The notes under the pieces: model-generated
Told to the model about the DNA's origin: nothing
The model's input: the letters and a program-made list of their open reading frames with translations, nothing else
Databases searched by the model: none
IMG/VR virus record: IMGVR_UViG_3300044627_003499
Coordinates: 21,711-85,710 of that record
DNA length: 64,000 nucleotides
Direction: 5' to 3' (one strand)
From: a virus
Program-made: the position numbers and the translations under genes
In this document: piece by piece, positions 45,931 to 56,726 of the stretch
Numbering within the stretch: the stretch's first letter is position 1
Layout of the letters: the number at the start of each line of letters is the position of its first letter

Positions 45931-46688
45931 ATGTCAATTTTTGCTTGCTTTAAGTACATCATCCCTGAGTTCCATGCATTCAGTGATGATGACAATCGTT
46001 ACAACCTTGGTGCAACATGGACTGCACAAGATGGACTTAAGGATTATCACAACCTTGAACTAAGGTATGTTCACAACTCAGAGCGGCTTGCGCTCCAGGG
46101 GGATCCACAGCCTGATGGATCATGGCGTTACGTGGAAGCCAACGGTTCCGTTCATACCATCTCACCTGAACGTGCCAAGCATTTCATGGAACAGACTCAT
46201 CAGCATGCCACGATCATGTGTGCCATGCTCGACAAGCTTAAAGAGTCAGGGGTTATGAACGAACCACTGGACACCCAAGCCAGCCCAGCTTAAACTCAGT
46301 ACCTACTCACTACCCTCCGTTACTAACAGCGGAAAGTTTACTCATGGACACACAACCTTCAAATGATTACATTGACCTTGACCTTGTTGACAAGGTGCTT
46401 GCATTAGTACCAGAGCAGGCATGGTCTTTAGTATTGACCGCTATTGTTAGCGGCATTGTTGATGAGATGCCATCGACTGTGCTCCAGGAATTGACTGGAG
46501 ATGTAGAAAGATTTGACCGTGCTGAAGAAATCTTAACTTCGTATTACAGTGGCACAGATCAACGCAATGCTTTAATCCAAGATGCATTCAAACTTATTGG
46601 TACAGAAAACACATTGCATCTTTTAGATGCAATGCAATTAAACAAGTATGTTGAATCTCTTGAACTTAACACTGAAACCAATGACTGA
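45931..46688 (+). CDS. two hypothetical proteins (45931-46293, 46344-46688)
   Basis: Co-oriented ORFs with plausible starts. Confidence 0.6.
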
Positions 46689-46905
46689 CCAACCGATATC
46701 CCCCGCCGCTCAGGCGGTTTACAGCGCAGTGCTTGAAATTTGCCCTGCGCCTGCCGATGAGATTGCCGCCGCCGCCCTGCGAGCTGCTGCTGATCAGGTG
46801 GTGCCGCTTCATATCTGTGGCACTAACGCGACCCGTGCTCAAACCCGCCTTGGAATACGCCACAAACTGCTCGCTCTCGCCGCCGAACTGGAGGGTACCA
46901 AATGA
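46681..46905 (+). CDS. small protein of the LSPAAQAV...LRAAA...AAELE family (paralogues 48315-48536, 48840-49163, 52342-52554)
   Basis: Shared N- and C-terminal motifs among four ORFs. Confidence 0.6.
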   Translation: MTDQPISPAAQAVYSAVLEICPAPADEIAAAALRAAADQVVPLHICGTNATRAQTRLGIRHKLLALAAELEGTK

Positions 46906-47603
46906 CTGACGCCATCATGCTTACCAAGAACACAGACCAACTTCGCCAACAAGTAGCAGCTCACGTCGCTGCTGACTCCATCACTCAAGGCGTTTACTGG
47001 GACGAAAGCAACAAACGCGGTTGCTTTATTGGGTGCTTGGCGCACTCTGAAGATCCAGGGATTAACGAGCAAACCTATGGCTTGCCTGTAATGGTGCAGC
47101 GTATTGCTGAGTCGATCTTTGAAGCGTTGTCTGACGATGAAGCCAAAGCATTTTTTGCTGCATTGCCTGATGCAGTGAGCTGCGATGGCAAAGACTTAAT
47201 CAAAGTCGGCTGGCAGTTCTTGGCTGCTGAGCTGCGGGCATTGCCTGAGCAACCTGCCGAGGTTCAGGTAGTTATTGATCCTGTTATTGCAGGTATAGAT
47301 CTGCTTGCCAGTGGTCAGGAATGGGCTGTTGCTGATGCTGCTGCTGTTGCTGATGCTGCTGCTGATGCTGATGCTGCTGCTTGGGCTGCTGATGCTGCTG
47401 CTAATGCTGCTCGTGCTGCTGCTGCTGCTGCTGCTGCTCGTGCTGATTGGGCTGCTGATGCTGCTGCTTGGGCTGCTGATGCTGCTGCTGCTGCTAATGG
47501 TGCTGTTTGGACTGCTGCTGCTGATGCTGCTCGTCGTCGGCAACGTGACACTCTGCTGGCTCTGATTAGCCAAGCGCCAGTGCTGGAGGTAAGTAATGAC
47601 TGA
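46902..47603 (+). CDS. hypothetical protein with Ala-rich repeat tract, copy 1
   Basis: GCFIGCLAH core; AAAWAADAAA repeats. Confidence 0.75.
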   Translation: MTDAIMLTKNTDQLRQQVAAHVAADSITQGVYWDESNKRGCFIGCLAHSEDPGINEQTYGLPVMVQRIAESIFEALSDDEAKAFFAALPDAVSCDGKDLIKVGWQFLAAELRALPEQPAEVQVVIDPVIAGIDLLASGQEWAVADAAAVADAAADADAAAWAADAAANAARAAAAAAAARADWAADAAAWAADAAAAANGAVWTAAADAARRRQRDTLLALISQAPVLEVSND

Positions 47604-48847
47604 CCAAGAACTGATAGAGCTTATGCCCGAGACCATGCGAGACGAGTTCAGCTATGCCGCCAGTGTTTGCAGCGATGCGACTGGCGGTAAAGTCAAGCCC
47701 GGCATCTTCCGTGTGGCGCTTAACACCGCTGCACTGGAGTATGCCCGTGCTGTGCTAAGCTCTGCCACTAAGCCGTCGCTACTGGAGCGGGAGGCTGCGC
47801 GATGAACACCATCACCCCACCGCCGGAGCTGGTGCAGCAGTGGATCAAGGAGTGTGACCGGCCAGACGATCCATGCTGGCAGGAGTATGAGCAAGACATC
47901 GCCATCCGCGCCGCCCAATGGGGTGCCGACCAGGAGCTGGAGGCGTGTTGTGAGTGGACCCAGGGGTATGCCGAATGTGGCGACTCACTTCGCGCCGCCC
48001 GCCGCCCCAAGCCCCCGAGCTTGAAGAAGCAGGCGCTTAAAGCAGTTAACGAAATGTCTGACTGCATGAGCGCAGGATTTGTACCGAAACGCAGCGATCT
48101 TGACGCTATCCGCCGCGCCCTGGAGGCGCTACCTGAATGAAGCCAGAGCATAAACGGGCTCTCCGTTGCTTTCTTCTTGAGAAACTCCGCGAGGCGACGT
48201 ATCTCCAGTTAAGCGAACTAGCCGAAACTCATGATTGCCAGCCGTTTGATATGGCTGTACAATTTGAGATTGAGGTTGGACGTATTGAAAAATTCTTTTG
48301 TTACCCGCACTACGATGACTGAACCTCTCTCCCCCGCTGCGCAATCAGTCCTAGATGCCTATTGGAAGAGTTCATGGGATCTTCCCTTGCAGCACGAAGA
48401 CCGTTACGCCATAGCCGCCGTCCTGCGAGCTGCTGCAAAACAAAGTACCTTTGCCGACGTAGCGGTAAATAAAACGATTGAGGTAGTCCCTGTTGACATT
48501 CTCCTCGCCATCGCCGCCGAGCTGGAGGGCCAATGAAACTCGAAATTAAACTCACCGACGAGCGCTACAGCCAGGGATCCGTTGACGAACCCGGCGAAAT
48601 GACCACCACCTGGGAGGCCGACATGGACGACTGTTCAGTTCATGCTTGGTTCAAGGTCTTTGAGAGCGTCCTTGGAGCCGCCGGCATGACCGAAAAGCTC
48701 ATCATGCGGGGCGCCTGTCAGCTTGCCTTCAATGAATACCGTGCAATCGAGGACATGGTGAAGCTAAGCAAGGACTACGACCTGGACTTTGCTGCCGAGC
48801 GGGAGGGTACCAGTTGTTCCACTTATCTAACAGATCCCAATGACTGA
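47596..48847 (+). CDS. cluster of small hypothetical proteins (47596-47805, 47802-48140, 48137-48322, 48315-48536, 48533-48847)
   Basis: ATGA-coupled ORFs; 47802 belongs to the AAQWGADQELEAC family. Confidence 0.6.
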
Positions 48848-49159
48848 CATCACCCCAAACGACCTCAGCCACCTCAGCGATGAGGCCTTCGAGGCCCTCT
48901 GCCCGCAGGGTTATCACGCCCCAGGACCGGAGCCATTATCACCCGCTGCTCAGGCGGTGCTGGATGCTATTAACAAAGAACTTGACGAAGCCCCTTGGGA
49001 TGTGAGTTTTTTGGCAGGTGTTAGTGCATCCGCCGCCCTGCGAGCTGCTGCTGATCAGGTGGTGCCAGCCACGGAGTACAAATCTTATCAAGTGCGCATG
49101 ATCGCTATGAATGTTCGCCACAAACTGCTCGCTCTCGCCGCCGAACTGGAGGGTACCAA

Positions 49160-49834
49160 ATGACTGACGCCATCATGCTTACCAAGAACACAGACCAACT
49201 TCGCCAACAAGTAGCAGCTCACGTCGCTGCTGACTCCATCACTCAAGGCGTTTACTGGGACGAAAGCAACAAACGCGGTTGCTTTATTGGGTGCTTGGCG
49301 CACTCTGAAGATCCAGGGATTAACGAGCAAACCTATGGCTTGCCTGTAATGGTGCAGCGTATTGCTGAGTCGATCTTTGAAGCGTTGTCTGACGATGAAG
49401 CCAAAGCATTTTTTGCTGCATTGCCTGATGCAGTGAGCTGCGATGGCAAAGACTTAATCAAAGTCGGCTGGCAGTTCTTGGCTGCTGAGCTGCGGGCATT
49501 GCCTGAGCAACCTGCCGAGGTTCAGGTAGTTATTGATCCTGTTATTGCAGGTATAGATCTGCTTGCCAGTGGTCAGGAATGGGCTGTTGCTGATGCTGCT
49601 GCTGTTGCTGATGCTGCTGCTGATGCTGATGCTGCTGCTTGGGTTGCTGATGCTGCTGCTTGGGCTGCTGATGCTGCTGCTAATGCTGCTCGTGCTGATT
49701 GGGCTGCTGCTGCTGCTCGTGCTGCTTGGGCTGCTGATGCTGCTGCTGCTGATGCTGATGCTCGTCGTCGGCAACGTGACACTCTGCTGGCTCTGATTAG
49801 CCAAACGCCAGTGCTGGAGGGTGGCAATGACTGA
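49160..49834 (+). CDS. hypothetical protein with Ala-rich repeat tract, copy 2
   Basis: Near-identical to 46902-47603 except in the repeat tract. Confidence 0.75.
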   Translation: MTDAIMLTKNTDQLRQQVAAHVAADSITQGVYWDESNKRGCFIGCLAHSEDPGINEQTYGLPVMVQRIAESIFEALSDDEAKAFFAALPDAVSCDGKDLIKVGWQFLAAELRALPEQPAEVQVVIDPVIAGIDLLASGQEWAVADAAAVADAAADADAAAWVADAAAWAADAAANAARADWAAAAARAAWAADAAAADADARRRQRDTLLALISQTPVLEGGND

Positions 49835-50282
49835 CCGCGAACTGATCGAACGCCTGCTGTTCCTCGCTGAAACGGCTGAGGACTACTTCATCTACTGCGA
49901 ACTGCGGGAGCTGGCTGCCGCCCTGGAGGCCCAGCCCGACCCGCAGGGGCTAATGCCCGAAGTAGATGACATTCTGCGTTTGGCTGAAATCATCCGTAGG
50001 GTTGACGGCAACCACGACAAAGGCGCTGCTGCGTTGGCGGAGGCAATACTGTCACACCCTGACTGCAGCTATGACAGCCCCGCCATTGAGCCCGAGCCGC
50101 AGGGGCCGAGCCTCGCCCATGAGGCATACGTCGCTTTTGTTCAAATCTGCAAGGGCAATTCGGATGACGCCGGCACCTATGAGGCTGACGAAGAACTTGT
50201 CAGACGCGCTCTTAAGCGGCTCAGTGATCTGGAGGTGGGCCGCCCCGCCATCGAGCCAGTGCCTGGGGCAAAAGGTGAATAA
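49827..50282 (+). CDS. mosaic hypothetical protein
   Basis: Repeated PEPQG and PAIEP linkers. Confidence 0.55.
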   Translation: MTDRELIERLLFLAETAEDYFIYCELRELAAALEAQPDPQGLMPEVDDILRLAEIIRRVDGNHDKGAAALAEAILSHPDCSYDSPAIEPEPQGPSLAHEAYVAFVQICKGNSDDAGTYEADEELVRRALKRLSDLEVGRPAIEPVPGAKGE

Positions 50283-50629
50283 TGAAGTGTCGCAAATGCA
50301 ATAGCAAGAACACACGTGTTATTTGCACTGATCACTTTGATACATTCACTAAGCGTTACTGCCGATGTTTTAATTGCAATTCAAAGTTTCGAACTGTTGA
50401 ATACTATGAAGAACGGAAGCCTGGCCCCCCGCCTGGCACACCAAGAACACGTAACATAACGCGTGGTGAGTCCCATGGTTCTGCAGTATTTCAAGAGAAG
50501 GACATCCGCATGATGCGCACTCTCTATCAACAAGGCACAACCTTGGTATCCATCGCAACTAAATACGGGACAAGTTCTTCTTACGTGTCACGCATTGTTA
50601 ACTACAAATCATGGAGCCACATTAAATGA
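50282..50629 (+). CDS. zinc-ribbon (NrdR N-terminal-like) plus HTH protein
   Basis: MKCRKC...TRV...RYCRCFNC..KFRTVE; C-terminal IATKYGTSSSYVSRIV. Confidence 0.7.
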   Translation: MKCRKCNSKNTRVICTDHFDTFTKRYCRCFNCNSKFRTVEYYEERKPGPPPGTPRTRNITRGESHGSAVFQEKDIRMMRTLYQQGTTLVSIATKYGTSSSYVSRIVNYKSWSHIK

Positions 50630-50922
50630 CCGCTGCTAAGTACGACTTCAACATTGGTGATCGTGTTGCCGAGCGTCCCAAGTCACATGGGTTGTTTGCT
50701 GTAAGTAAAGAGGCTGAAGAGATTGTTAAACGCAATAGGTCTCAAAGGTATGGCACCATCGTTGGCTATGACACACAGCTAAACAAAAGTGGTAAACGCA
50801 TGAATATGTTGCTTGTGCAATGGGATCACCTCAAGTCCCCAATGAAACATGCAAGGTGCAGGATCTGTCCCATTGATCAGCTTGCTACATTGACAAAACA
50901 AATCATTGTCCCAGGGGAATGA
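50626..50922 (+). CDS. hypothetical protein
   Basis: FNIGDRV SH3-like start. Confidence 0.6.
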   Translation: MTAAKYDFNIGDRVAERPKSHGLFAVSKEAEEIVKRNRSQRYGTIVGYDTQLNKSGKRMNMLLVQWDHLKSPMKHARCRICPIDQLATLTKQIIVPGE

Positions 50923-51575
50923 CCATGGATGTATCACTTGTTTGGGTCACGCCTCAAGCTGAAGAGTTGATCACACGCATGGCTCGGGTGTCAGCTCCAA
51001 AAAATCAAGGGAATATGGAGACTGCCCCTAAGTTGTTGCGTTATTTGATTACGCACCAGCATTGGAGCCCGTACGAAATGGCTAACATGTGCGTTGAAAT
51101 CAACACAACACGTGCAATATCTGCACAAGTTATTCGCCATCGTTCGTTTAGCTTTCAAGAATTTAGTCAGCGCTACGCAGATATCAATGAGCTTGGCTCA
51201 GCTGTTATCCCACACCTGCGTCGTCAAGACCACAGCAATAGACAAAACAGTATCGACGACTTGACATCGGAAGATGTTGCCAACTTCTATCGGCGCATTA
51301 GTCAACTCTTTGAGGATACTGAGCATCTCTATCGTGAGATGGTAAGTCATGGCATTGCCAAAGAGTGCGCCAGGAACATCTTGCCGATGGGTACGCAGAC
51401 TAAGATTTACATGAACGGTTCGCTCCGTTCGTGGATACATTACCTGCAGCTAAGAACTTCCAATGGGACCCAAGCAGAACACAAACAAATCGCAGAAGAA
51501 ATCAAACGAATCTTCTGTGCACAATTCCCAGTCATTGGAGAAGCTGTGTTCTCAGAAGATCCAGGGATTGCCTGA
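50919..51575 (+). CDS. thyX: FAD-dependent thymidylate synthase
   Basis: H.HWSPYE, RHRSFSFQEFSQRY, AKECAR.ILP and GSLRSWIHY motifs. Confidence 0.95.
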   Translation: MTMDVSLVWVTPQAEELITRMARVSAPKNQGNMETAPKLLRYLITHQHWSPYEMANMCVEINTTRAISAQVIRHRSFSFQEFSQRYADINELGSAVIPHLRRQDHSNRQNSIDDLTSEDVANFYRRISQLFEDTEHLYREMVSHGIAKECARNILPMGTQTKIYMNGSLRSWIHYLQLRTSNGTQAEHKQIAEEIKRIFCAQFPVIGEAVFSEDPGIA

Positions 51576-51791
51576 GGTTTCTTCTGGTAAGCCTGTTGAA
51601 TCAGACAACAACTTCAGCAGGTTGCTTTTTTAATTCCTTGATGGCACGCTTGGACTCTACATCCTTGCGTATTTGTTTTTTCTTTTGGTTTGCCAGGTAC
51701 ACAAGCAGTGCTTGATCCATTATTCTGTATCTGTTGTTACTGAAAGTTTACTCCAATTGATGTACACCATGTCGTTCACTGTGTAACACAA

Positions 51792-52554
51792 ATGACACCA
51801 AGCGAATACCACCGCCTCGCACGTTTTAATTGTTTGCAAGAGTATGATTGCTGCGCTAAACCAGATGACTTTATTGAAGTAACCGAATGGTACAACGGTG
51901 AAGGTTTTGATGTACACCTTAGTACCAGTGCTGGTGAACAGCGTATGTCACTTAGCTGGGGTGAGTACCAAGCATTGAAAACAACCCTTGGTGACTGGGC
52001 TGAAAACAATCTGGAGGATGAAAAATGACTAATCAACACCCCATCACCTTACCGCCAGCAATTCTGCAAAAATTACGCAGCACAACTCCAACTTCAGGTT
52101 GGCATCTTGATGCTTGGATTGCTGAGCAAGCCGCCCAATGGGGTGCCGACCAGGAGCTGGAGGCGTGTTGTGAGTGGGTCCAAGGTTATGCCGAATATGG
52201 CGACTCACTTCGCGCCGCCCGCCGCCCCAAGCCCCCGAGCTTGAAGGAACAGGCGCTTGAGGTATTTGAAGCCTTGATCCATGGCGATGCAAGTGGGCTT
52301 GACGTTGGAGTAATCCGCCGCGCCCTGGAGGCGCTACCTGAATGACTGAACTATCACCACAAGCGCAGGCGGTACTATATGGATTTCGTGCTGTGCCAAA
52401 TCTCATGGATGGGCCGTCTATTGCCGGTGCCCTGCGAGCTGCTGCAAAACAAAGTATCTTTGCCGACGTAGCGATAAATAAAACGATTGAGGTAGTCCCT
52501 GTTGACATCCTCCTCGCCATAGCCGTCGAGCTGGAGGGTGTGACCTCACGGTGA
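51792..52554 (+). CDS. three small hypothetical proteins (51792-52028, 52025-52345, 52342-52554)
   Basis: Coupled ORFs; the latter two reuse modules seen at 47.8-48.5 kb. Confidence 0.6.
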
Positions 52555-52618
52555 TCAAGCCGCAAGGTCATTCGTTTACCAGCCAGGGGAAGCAGCAGAA
52601 ACCCTGACTCCCTCGGGG

Positions 52619-52648
52619 TTGACGCTGCTCTGCTACACCCCATATAAT
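52619..52648 (+). promoter_or_regulatory. sigma70-type promoter
   Basis: TTGACG-N18-TATAAT; the predicted TSS coincides with the pseudoknot start at about 52654. Confidence 0.7.
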
Positions 52649-52701
52649 CATACACGTCCTAAGCATGACGTTAAACTGCTAGTCAACTCAACTCAACTAC
52701 C

Positions 52702-53469
52702 ATGAAACTTCTTAAGTTTTCTACCGGCAACGGCAAGCTCAAGAATCGTTTGATCTTCTCGCTGCCAGCGGGATACGCCTGCCCTCACGCAGGTGTGTGT
52801 AAGACCATGGCCGATCGTGCCACTGGTGCCATCATTGATCTGCCACAACACAACGGCACAACAGCAGATGAGTTCCGCTGCTTTGCTGCCATGGCAGAAG
52901 TCAGGCCAAACGTACGGGAGGCACGCTGGCACAACTGGGATCTGTTGCGTGGTGTTATGTATGGCAATGGAAACCAAGCGTTGTTGTTGCGTGATCTAAT
53001 TGACATGTCGCTTAGCATGCAACCACCAAAAGAACTGGTGCGTGTCCACGAGTCAGGAGATTTCTGGACTGAGAACTATCTCAAGGCATGGCTGATGGTT
53101 GCCAAGCAACGACCCAAGCAAAAGTTCTACGCTTATACCAAGTCCCTTGGGATGTGGTACAACCTTAAAGATTTGATACCATCCAACTTTTATCTCACCG
53201 CATCTTACGGTGGTACGTTGGATTACATGCTGCCCAAGTATCCAGACGTTTACACACGCATTGCGTATGTGGTGTACACGGAAGAGGAAGCAGCAGAGCG
53301 TGGACTTGAGATCGACCATGACGATAGCCACTGCCTTGGTGACAAGTCATTCGCACTCTTGGTTCACGGGTCCCAGAGGGCAGGTACTCCTGCATCTCAA
53401 GCGTTGTCTCAACGCAAGAAGGATGGGAAGTTTGTTGGGTACGGTAAATCAATGCAGAAAACATCCTGA
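52702..53469 (+). CDS. Gene product 88 (GP88) family protein
   Basis: FSLPAG..CP....C...CFA, VRVHESGDF and FYAYTKS motifs. Confidence 0.7.
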   Translation: MKLLKFSTGNGKLKNRLIFSLPAGYACPHAGVCKTMADRATGAIIDLPQHNGTTADEFRCFAAMAEVRPNVREARWHNWDLLRGVMYGNGNQALLLRDLIDMSLSMQPPKELVRVHESGDFWTENYLKAWLMVAKQRPKQKFYAYTKSLGMWYNLKDLIPSNFYLTASYGGTLDYMLPKYPDVYTRIAYVVYTEEEAAERGLEIDHDDSHCLGDKSFALLVHGSQRAGTPASQALSQRKKDGKFVGYGKSMQKTS

Positions 53470-53525
53470 ATATCTTGCATTGACAAATAGGTCTGATAAC
53501 ATCTGACAGTTATCTTCTTGTTCAG

Positions 53526-53759
53526 ATGAGCTACGTCATTGTCTCCTGGAAATCAGGGGCACCGCATGCGGTACATGCATGCAGCAAAACTAATTCTTTC
53601 CAGTTGGTTCCATTAGACTCTGACGTAGCTCTTACCAAGATTTTTTCGCATCCGTATCGTGCGGGTGCGCAACAAATTTTAAATTGGATTAACAAGAATG
53701 ATGACCAGCTCGCCCGTCAAGAACTCGATGTTTACGATGAAGCCCAGTTCCGCAAGTGA
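53526..53759 (+). CDS. hypothetical protein
   Basis: 77-aa ORF. Confidence 0.55.
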   Translation: MSYVIVSWKSGAPHAVHACSKTNSFQLVPLDSDVALTKIFSHPYRAGAQQILNWINKNDDQLARQELDVYDEAQFRK

Positions 53760-55563
53760 TACTTGGCTCGTATTCGATTGTGAAACGGACGGGTTGTACG
53801 ATCAGGCCACAGTTGTTCATTGCATTGTTATATATGACATCAATAGAAAACAAACTTTTACTTACGGGCCTGATCGTATTACTGATGCTCTTGCTCATTT
53901 GGCAACCGCTGATGTACTCCTTGGTCACAATGTAATCTTCTATGACATCCCTGTACTAACAAAGCTTTATCCTTCTTTTACGCACAATGCCAGGGTCATC
54001 GACACACTTGTGTGCACTCGATTGATCTGGCCAAAAGAATTACTCAATGATCTTGACACAGAACAATATCCGCAGGTTCCATCGAAACTGCGGGGATCAG
54101 CTTCTCTTAAGGCCTGGGGATGGCGCCTGGCCGATAACAAAATCAACTTCAAAGACTTCTCGCAATACTCTGAGGAAATGTTGGAGTACTGCGTCCAAGA
54201 CGTTGTCATTACTACCAGGCTTTGGCAAAAGATCGCAGACGAATACTATCCGCAATCAGCGCTCAAACTTGAGCATGACTTTGCTATCGCGATTAACCGA
54301 CAAATTAGATCAGGTATTCCTTTTGATGTTGATGCATCTCTTGATCTTGTGGATGAACTACGCACAAAGCAACAAGACATCGAGGCAAAGCTAAAAGAAA
54401 TCTTTCCGCCAATCAAACATGAAACAGTATTCATTCCAAAGGTCAACAACAAAGCCAGGGGTTATATCAAAGGTGAACCATTTGTCAAGGTTCATTATGA
54501 AGAATTTAATCCTGGCTCTCGTCAACAAATTGTTGATCGTCTACAAGAAAAGTACGGATGGGCTCCTGAAAAAACAACTGAGAAAGGCAATCCAATTCTT
54601 GATGACGATGTACTTGAATCACTTCCATATTCAGAGGCCCAGGTACTAGCTCAATACATGCTGGTCAAAAAACGTCTGGGACAAATCGTAGATGGCAACA
54701 ACGCTTGGAACAAGTTGGTTAATAACGACACTGGTCGCATGCACGGTGATGTTGTTACTAATGGTTGTATCACTGGCCGCTGCGCTCATCGCAACCCAAA
54801 CATGGGTCAAGTCCCTGCTGGTTACTCACCTTACGGTAAAGAATGCCGTTCTTTTTTTCATGCTCCTATGGGTTGGCAGCTACTTGGTATCGATGCCAAA
54901 GCGTTAGAGCTGCGTTGTCTTGCTGGATATCTAGCCATTTGGGATGGCGGTGAGTACGCCAAGCTTGTTGTTAATCCTGAATCAGATATCCATACAATCA
55001 ACCAGGAACTATTTGGCGTAGCTACCAGGGATATTTCCAAGCGTTTGCTTTATGGATTGTTGTATGGAGCTGGTGCACTAAAGGCTGGTACGATTGTGGA
55101 TCCGAATGAAAAAGATGAAACAGTTCTGCGTCAACTAGGAAGAACTGCAATCAATTCATTCATGAAAGGTGTACCTGCATTGCGTCACCTCAAAGAACAA
55201 ATTGAGAATACACTTGCAGAACGTACGTATTTGATTGGGCTCGACGGTCGTCATTTGTATTGTCGCTCAGCGTTTAAAGGATTGAATGTGCTGTTGCAAT
55301 CAGCAGGCGCAATCCTTATGAAGCAAGTTGTTATTACAATTCAAAACAACATTACCAATAACCTGGGCCTAGTGTATGGAGAAGACTGGGAACAAATGCT
55401 GATGATCCATGATGAAGTTCAGTTGGCTGCCAAGCCGGAACACATCTTAAAAATCCAGGAGCAAGCAATGGCTGCGTTCCCACAAGCACAGGAATTCTTT
55501 GGGTTCAGGTGTTTGATTGAAGGCGACTCTCGTGTAGGATCCAACTGGTCTGAGACGCATTAA
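53698..55563 (+). CDS. polA: family A DNA polymerase with 3'-5' exonuclease (T7-like)
   Basis: Exo FDCETDGL and GHNVIFYD; motif A DAKALELR; motif B RDISKRLLYGLLYG; motif C HDE; start uncertain. Confidence 0.95.
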   Translation: MMTSSPVKNSMFTMKPSSASDTWLVFDCETDGLYDQATVVHCIVIYDINRKQTFTYGPDRITDALAHLATADVLLGHNVIFYDIPVLTKLYPSFTHNARVIDTLVCTRLIWPKELLNDLDTEQYPQVPSKLRGSASLKAWGWRLADNKINFKDFSQYSEEMLEYCVQDVVITTRLWQKIADEYYPQSALKLEHDFAIAINRQIRSGIPFDVDASLDLVDELRTKQQDIEAKLKEIFPPIKHETVFIPKVNNKARGYIKGEPFVKVHYEEFNPGSRQQIVDRLQEKYGWAPEKTTEKGNPILDDDVLESLPYSEAQVLAQYMLVKKRLGQIVDGNNAWNKLVNNDTGRMHGDVVTNGCITGRCAHRNPNMGQVPAGYSPYGKECRSFFHAPMGWQLLGIDAKALELRCLAGYLAIWDGGEYAKLVVNPESDIHTINQELFGVATRDISKRLLYGLLYGAGALKAGTIVDPNEKDETVLRQLGRTAINSFMKGVPALRHLKEQIENTLAERTYLIGLDGRHLYCRSAFKGLNVLLQSAGAILMKQVVITIQNNITNNLGLVYGEDWEQMLMIHDEVQLAAKPEHILKIQEQAMAAFPQAQEFFGFRCLIEGDSRVGSNWSETH

Positions 55564-55632
55564 CCATTCATAAGAATGGGTGTCCGTCCTAGGCATGACG
55601 TTAAACTGCTGTAACACTATCCTTTTGATCCC

Positions 55633-56448
55633 ATGAACTTTTGTTGCATCTGCGCACAGCTGGGTGAAAACCCACGCGAAGTTTTTACCAGCGCATCCTC
55701 AACTGCAATTCGTTGCTCCGTCATCCTTCCTCCAGTTGGAAACAAAGCACCTACCACAATTGAATACAACATCTACGGAAAACAATCCGAGCGTTTCCAG
55801 CGACTGCATAAAGGAAACCTCGTCTACATTCACGGCGCCAAGCTACGTTATGATCTCGAATCCAAAACGTATTCGCTACATGGAGGAGTTGTTGCAGAGG
55901 TTACGGATACATTCCCAATCCTCAACTCAATCGTATTGACTGGTCGTTGTGTTAAAGACATTGATCAGTCTGATGCACGTGCATTTAAAACAATGGATGA
56001 TGGCTTGATGCTTGCTCATCAAAGCATCTCAGTTAATACAGGTAAAGGCCAAGCGGATCTGTTTAATTTCTATGCAATCAACAACGCAACAGACAAGTTT
56101 AATCAGGCAGAACTGCTGGTAAATTTCACCAGGAAAGGCACGGGCATTACAATCCACGGGCGGTTGATTACCGATCGTTTCAAAGATAAGAACACTCATG
56201 AGATTCGTAACATCTCCAAGATTCAGTTAATCAATATGACCTTGGCTCCCAAAGGGGCAGATGGTAGTGCGCCTAAGCCTGTAGCACCGCAAACAACTGT
56301 GGCATCGGCAGGTGAGGTAACATCCCTCTGGGGTGGCCGCACTGCTGAGGAGAACAATGATCCTTGGAACCAAGCATCAGGTGGCGGTCTGCCTGAAATC
56401 CCTGGTCAATACGGACAAGCCCCCAACCTCGACGAGATTCCTTTCTGA
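55633..56448 (+). CDS. ssb: single-stranded DNA-binding protein with two OB folds
   Basis: KGNLVYIHGAKL and KGTGITIHGRLIT halves; C-terminal DEIPF. Confidence 0.75.
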   Translation: MNFCCICAQLGENPREVFTSASSTAIRCSVILPPVGNKAPTTIEYNIYGKQSERFQRLHKGNLVYIHGAKLRYDLESKTYSLHGGVVAEVTDTFPILNSIVLTGRCVKDIDQSDARAFKTMDDGLMLAHQSISVNTGKGQADLFNFYAINNATDKFNQAELLVNFTRKGTGITIHGRLITDRFKDKNTHEIRNISKIQLINMTLAPKGADGSAPKPVAPQTTVASAGEVTSLWGGRTAEENNDPWNQASGGGLPEIPGQYGQAPNLDEIPF

Positions 56449-56672
56449 TGGCGATTCGGTTTTCCTACTCGGATGAAGATCTAAGTATTTCATTTGAGTC
56501 CCAAGCTGTTACTACGGATGAGGTGGTGTCTCACTTCATCCAGTTTCTTTCAGCAATGGGGTATGCCCGTGAAAGTATTCATGAGGCCATGCAAGAAATC
56601 GTTGATGAACACGACGATTACTTGAAGAATCTTGACAAAGAAAAAGCTCGGCTGCCTTTTGATGTAGACTGA
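56448..56672 (+). CDS. hypothetical protein
   Basis: VVSHFIQFLSAMGY motif. Confidence 0.6.
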   Translation: MAIRFSYSDEDLSISFESQAVTTDEVVSHFIQFLSAMGYARESIHEAMQEIVDEHDDYLKNLDKEKARLPFDVD

Positions 56673-56726
56673 GTCACGCCTTGGGATGGCGCTAAAAGCA
56701 TCCATCGTTCTACTACGAACTGAACT

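Larger units (their letters stand above)
46858..49819 (+). repeat. dispersed direct duplication (46858-47588 / 49116-49819)
   Basis: About 530 nt identical at offset 2258, then a variable GCT tract, then a shared tail. Confidence 0.9.

Noticed and set aside
47196-47636. Poly-Ser and poly-Leu ORFs in alternative frames (also 49454-49827)
   Set aside because: Artefacts of the GCT repeat tract
46858-49834. Diversity-generating retroelement TR/VR pair
   Set aside because: Differences are repeat-unit indels rather than adenine-specific substitutions, and there is no reverse transcriptase in the window
51601-51720. Small minus-strand basic ORF (MDQALLVYLANQKKKQIRK...)
   Set aside because: Only 39 aa with no recognisable motif; plausible but unsupported
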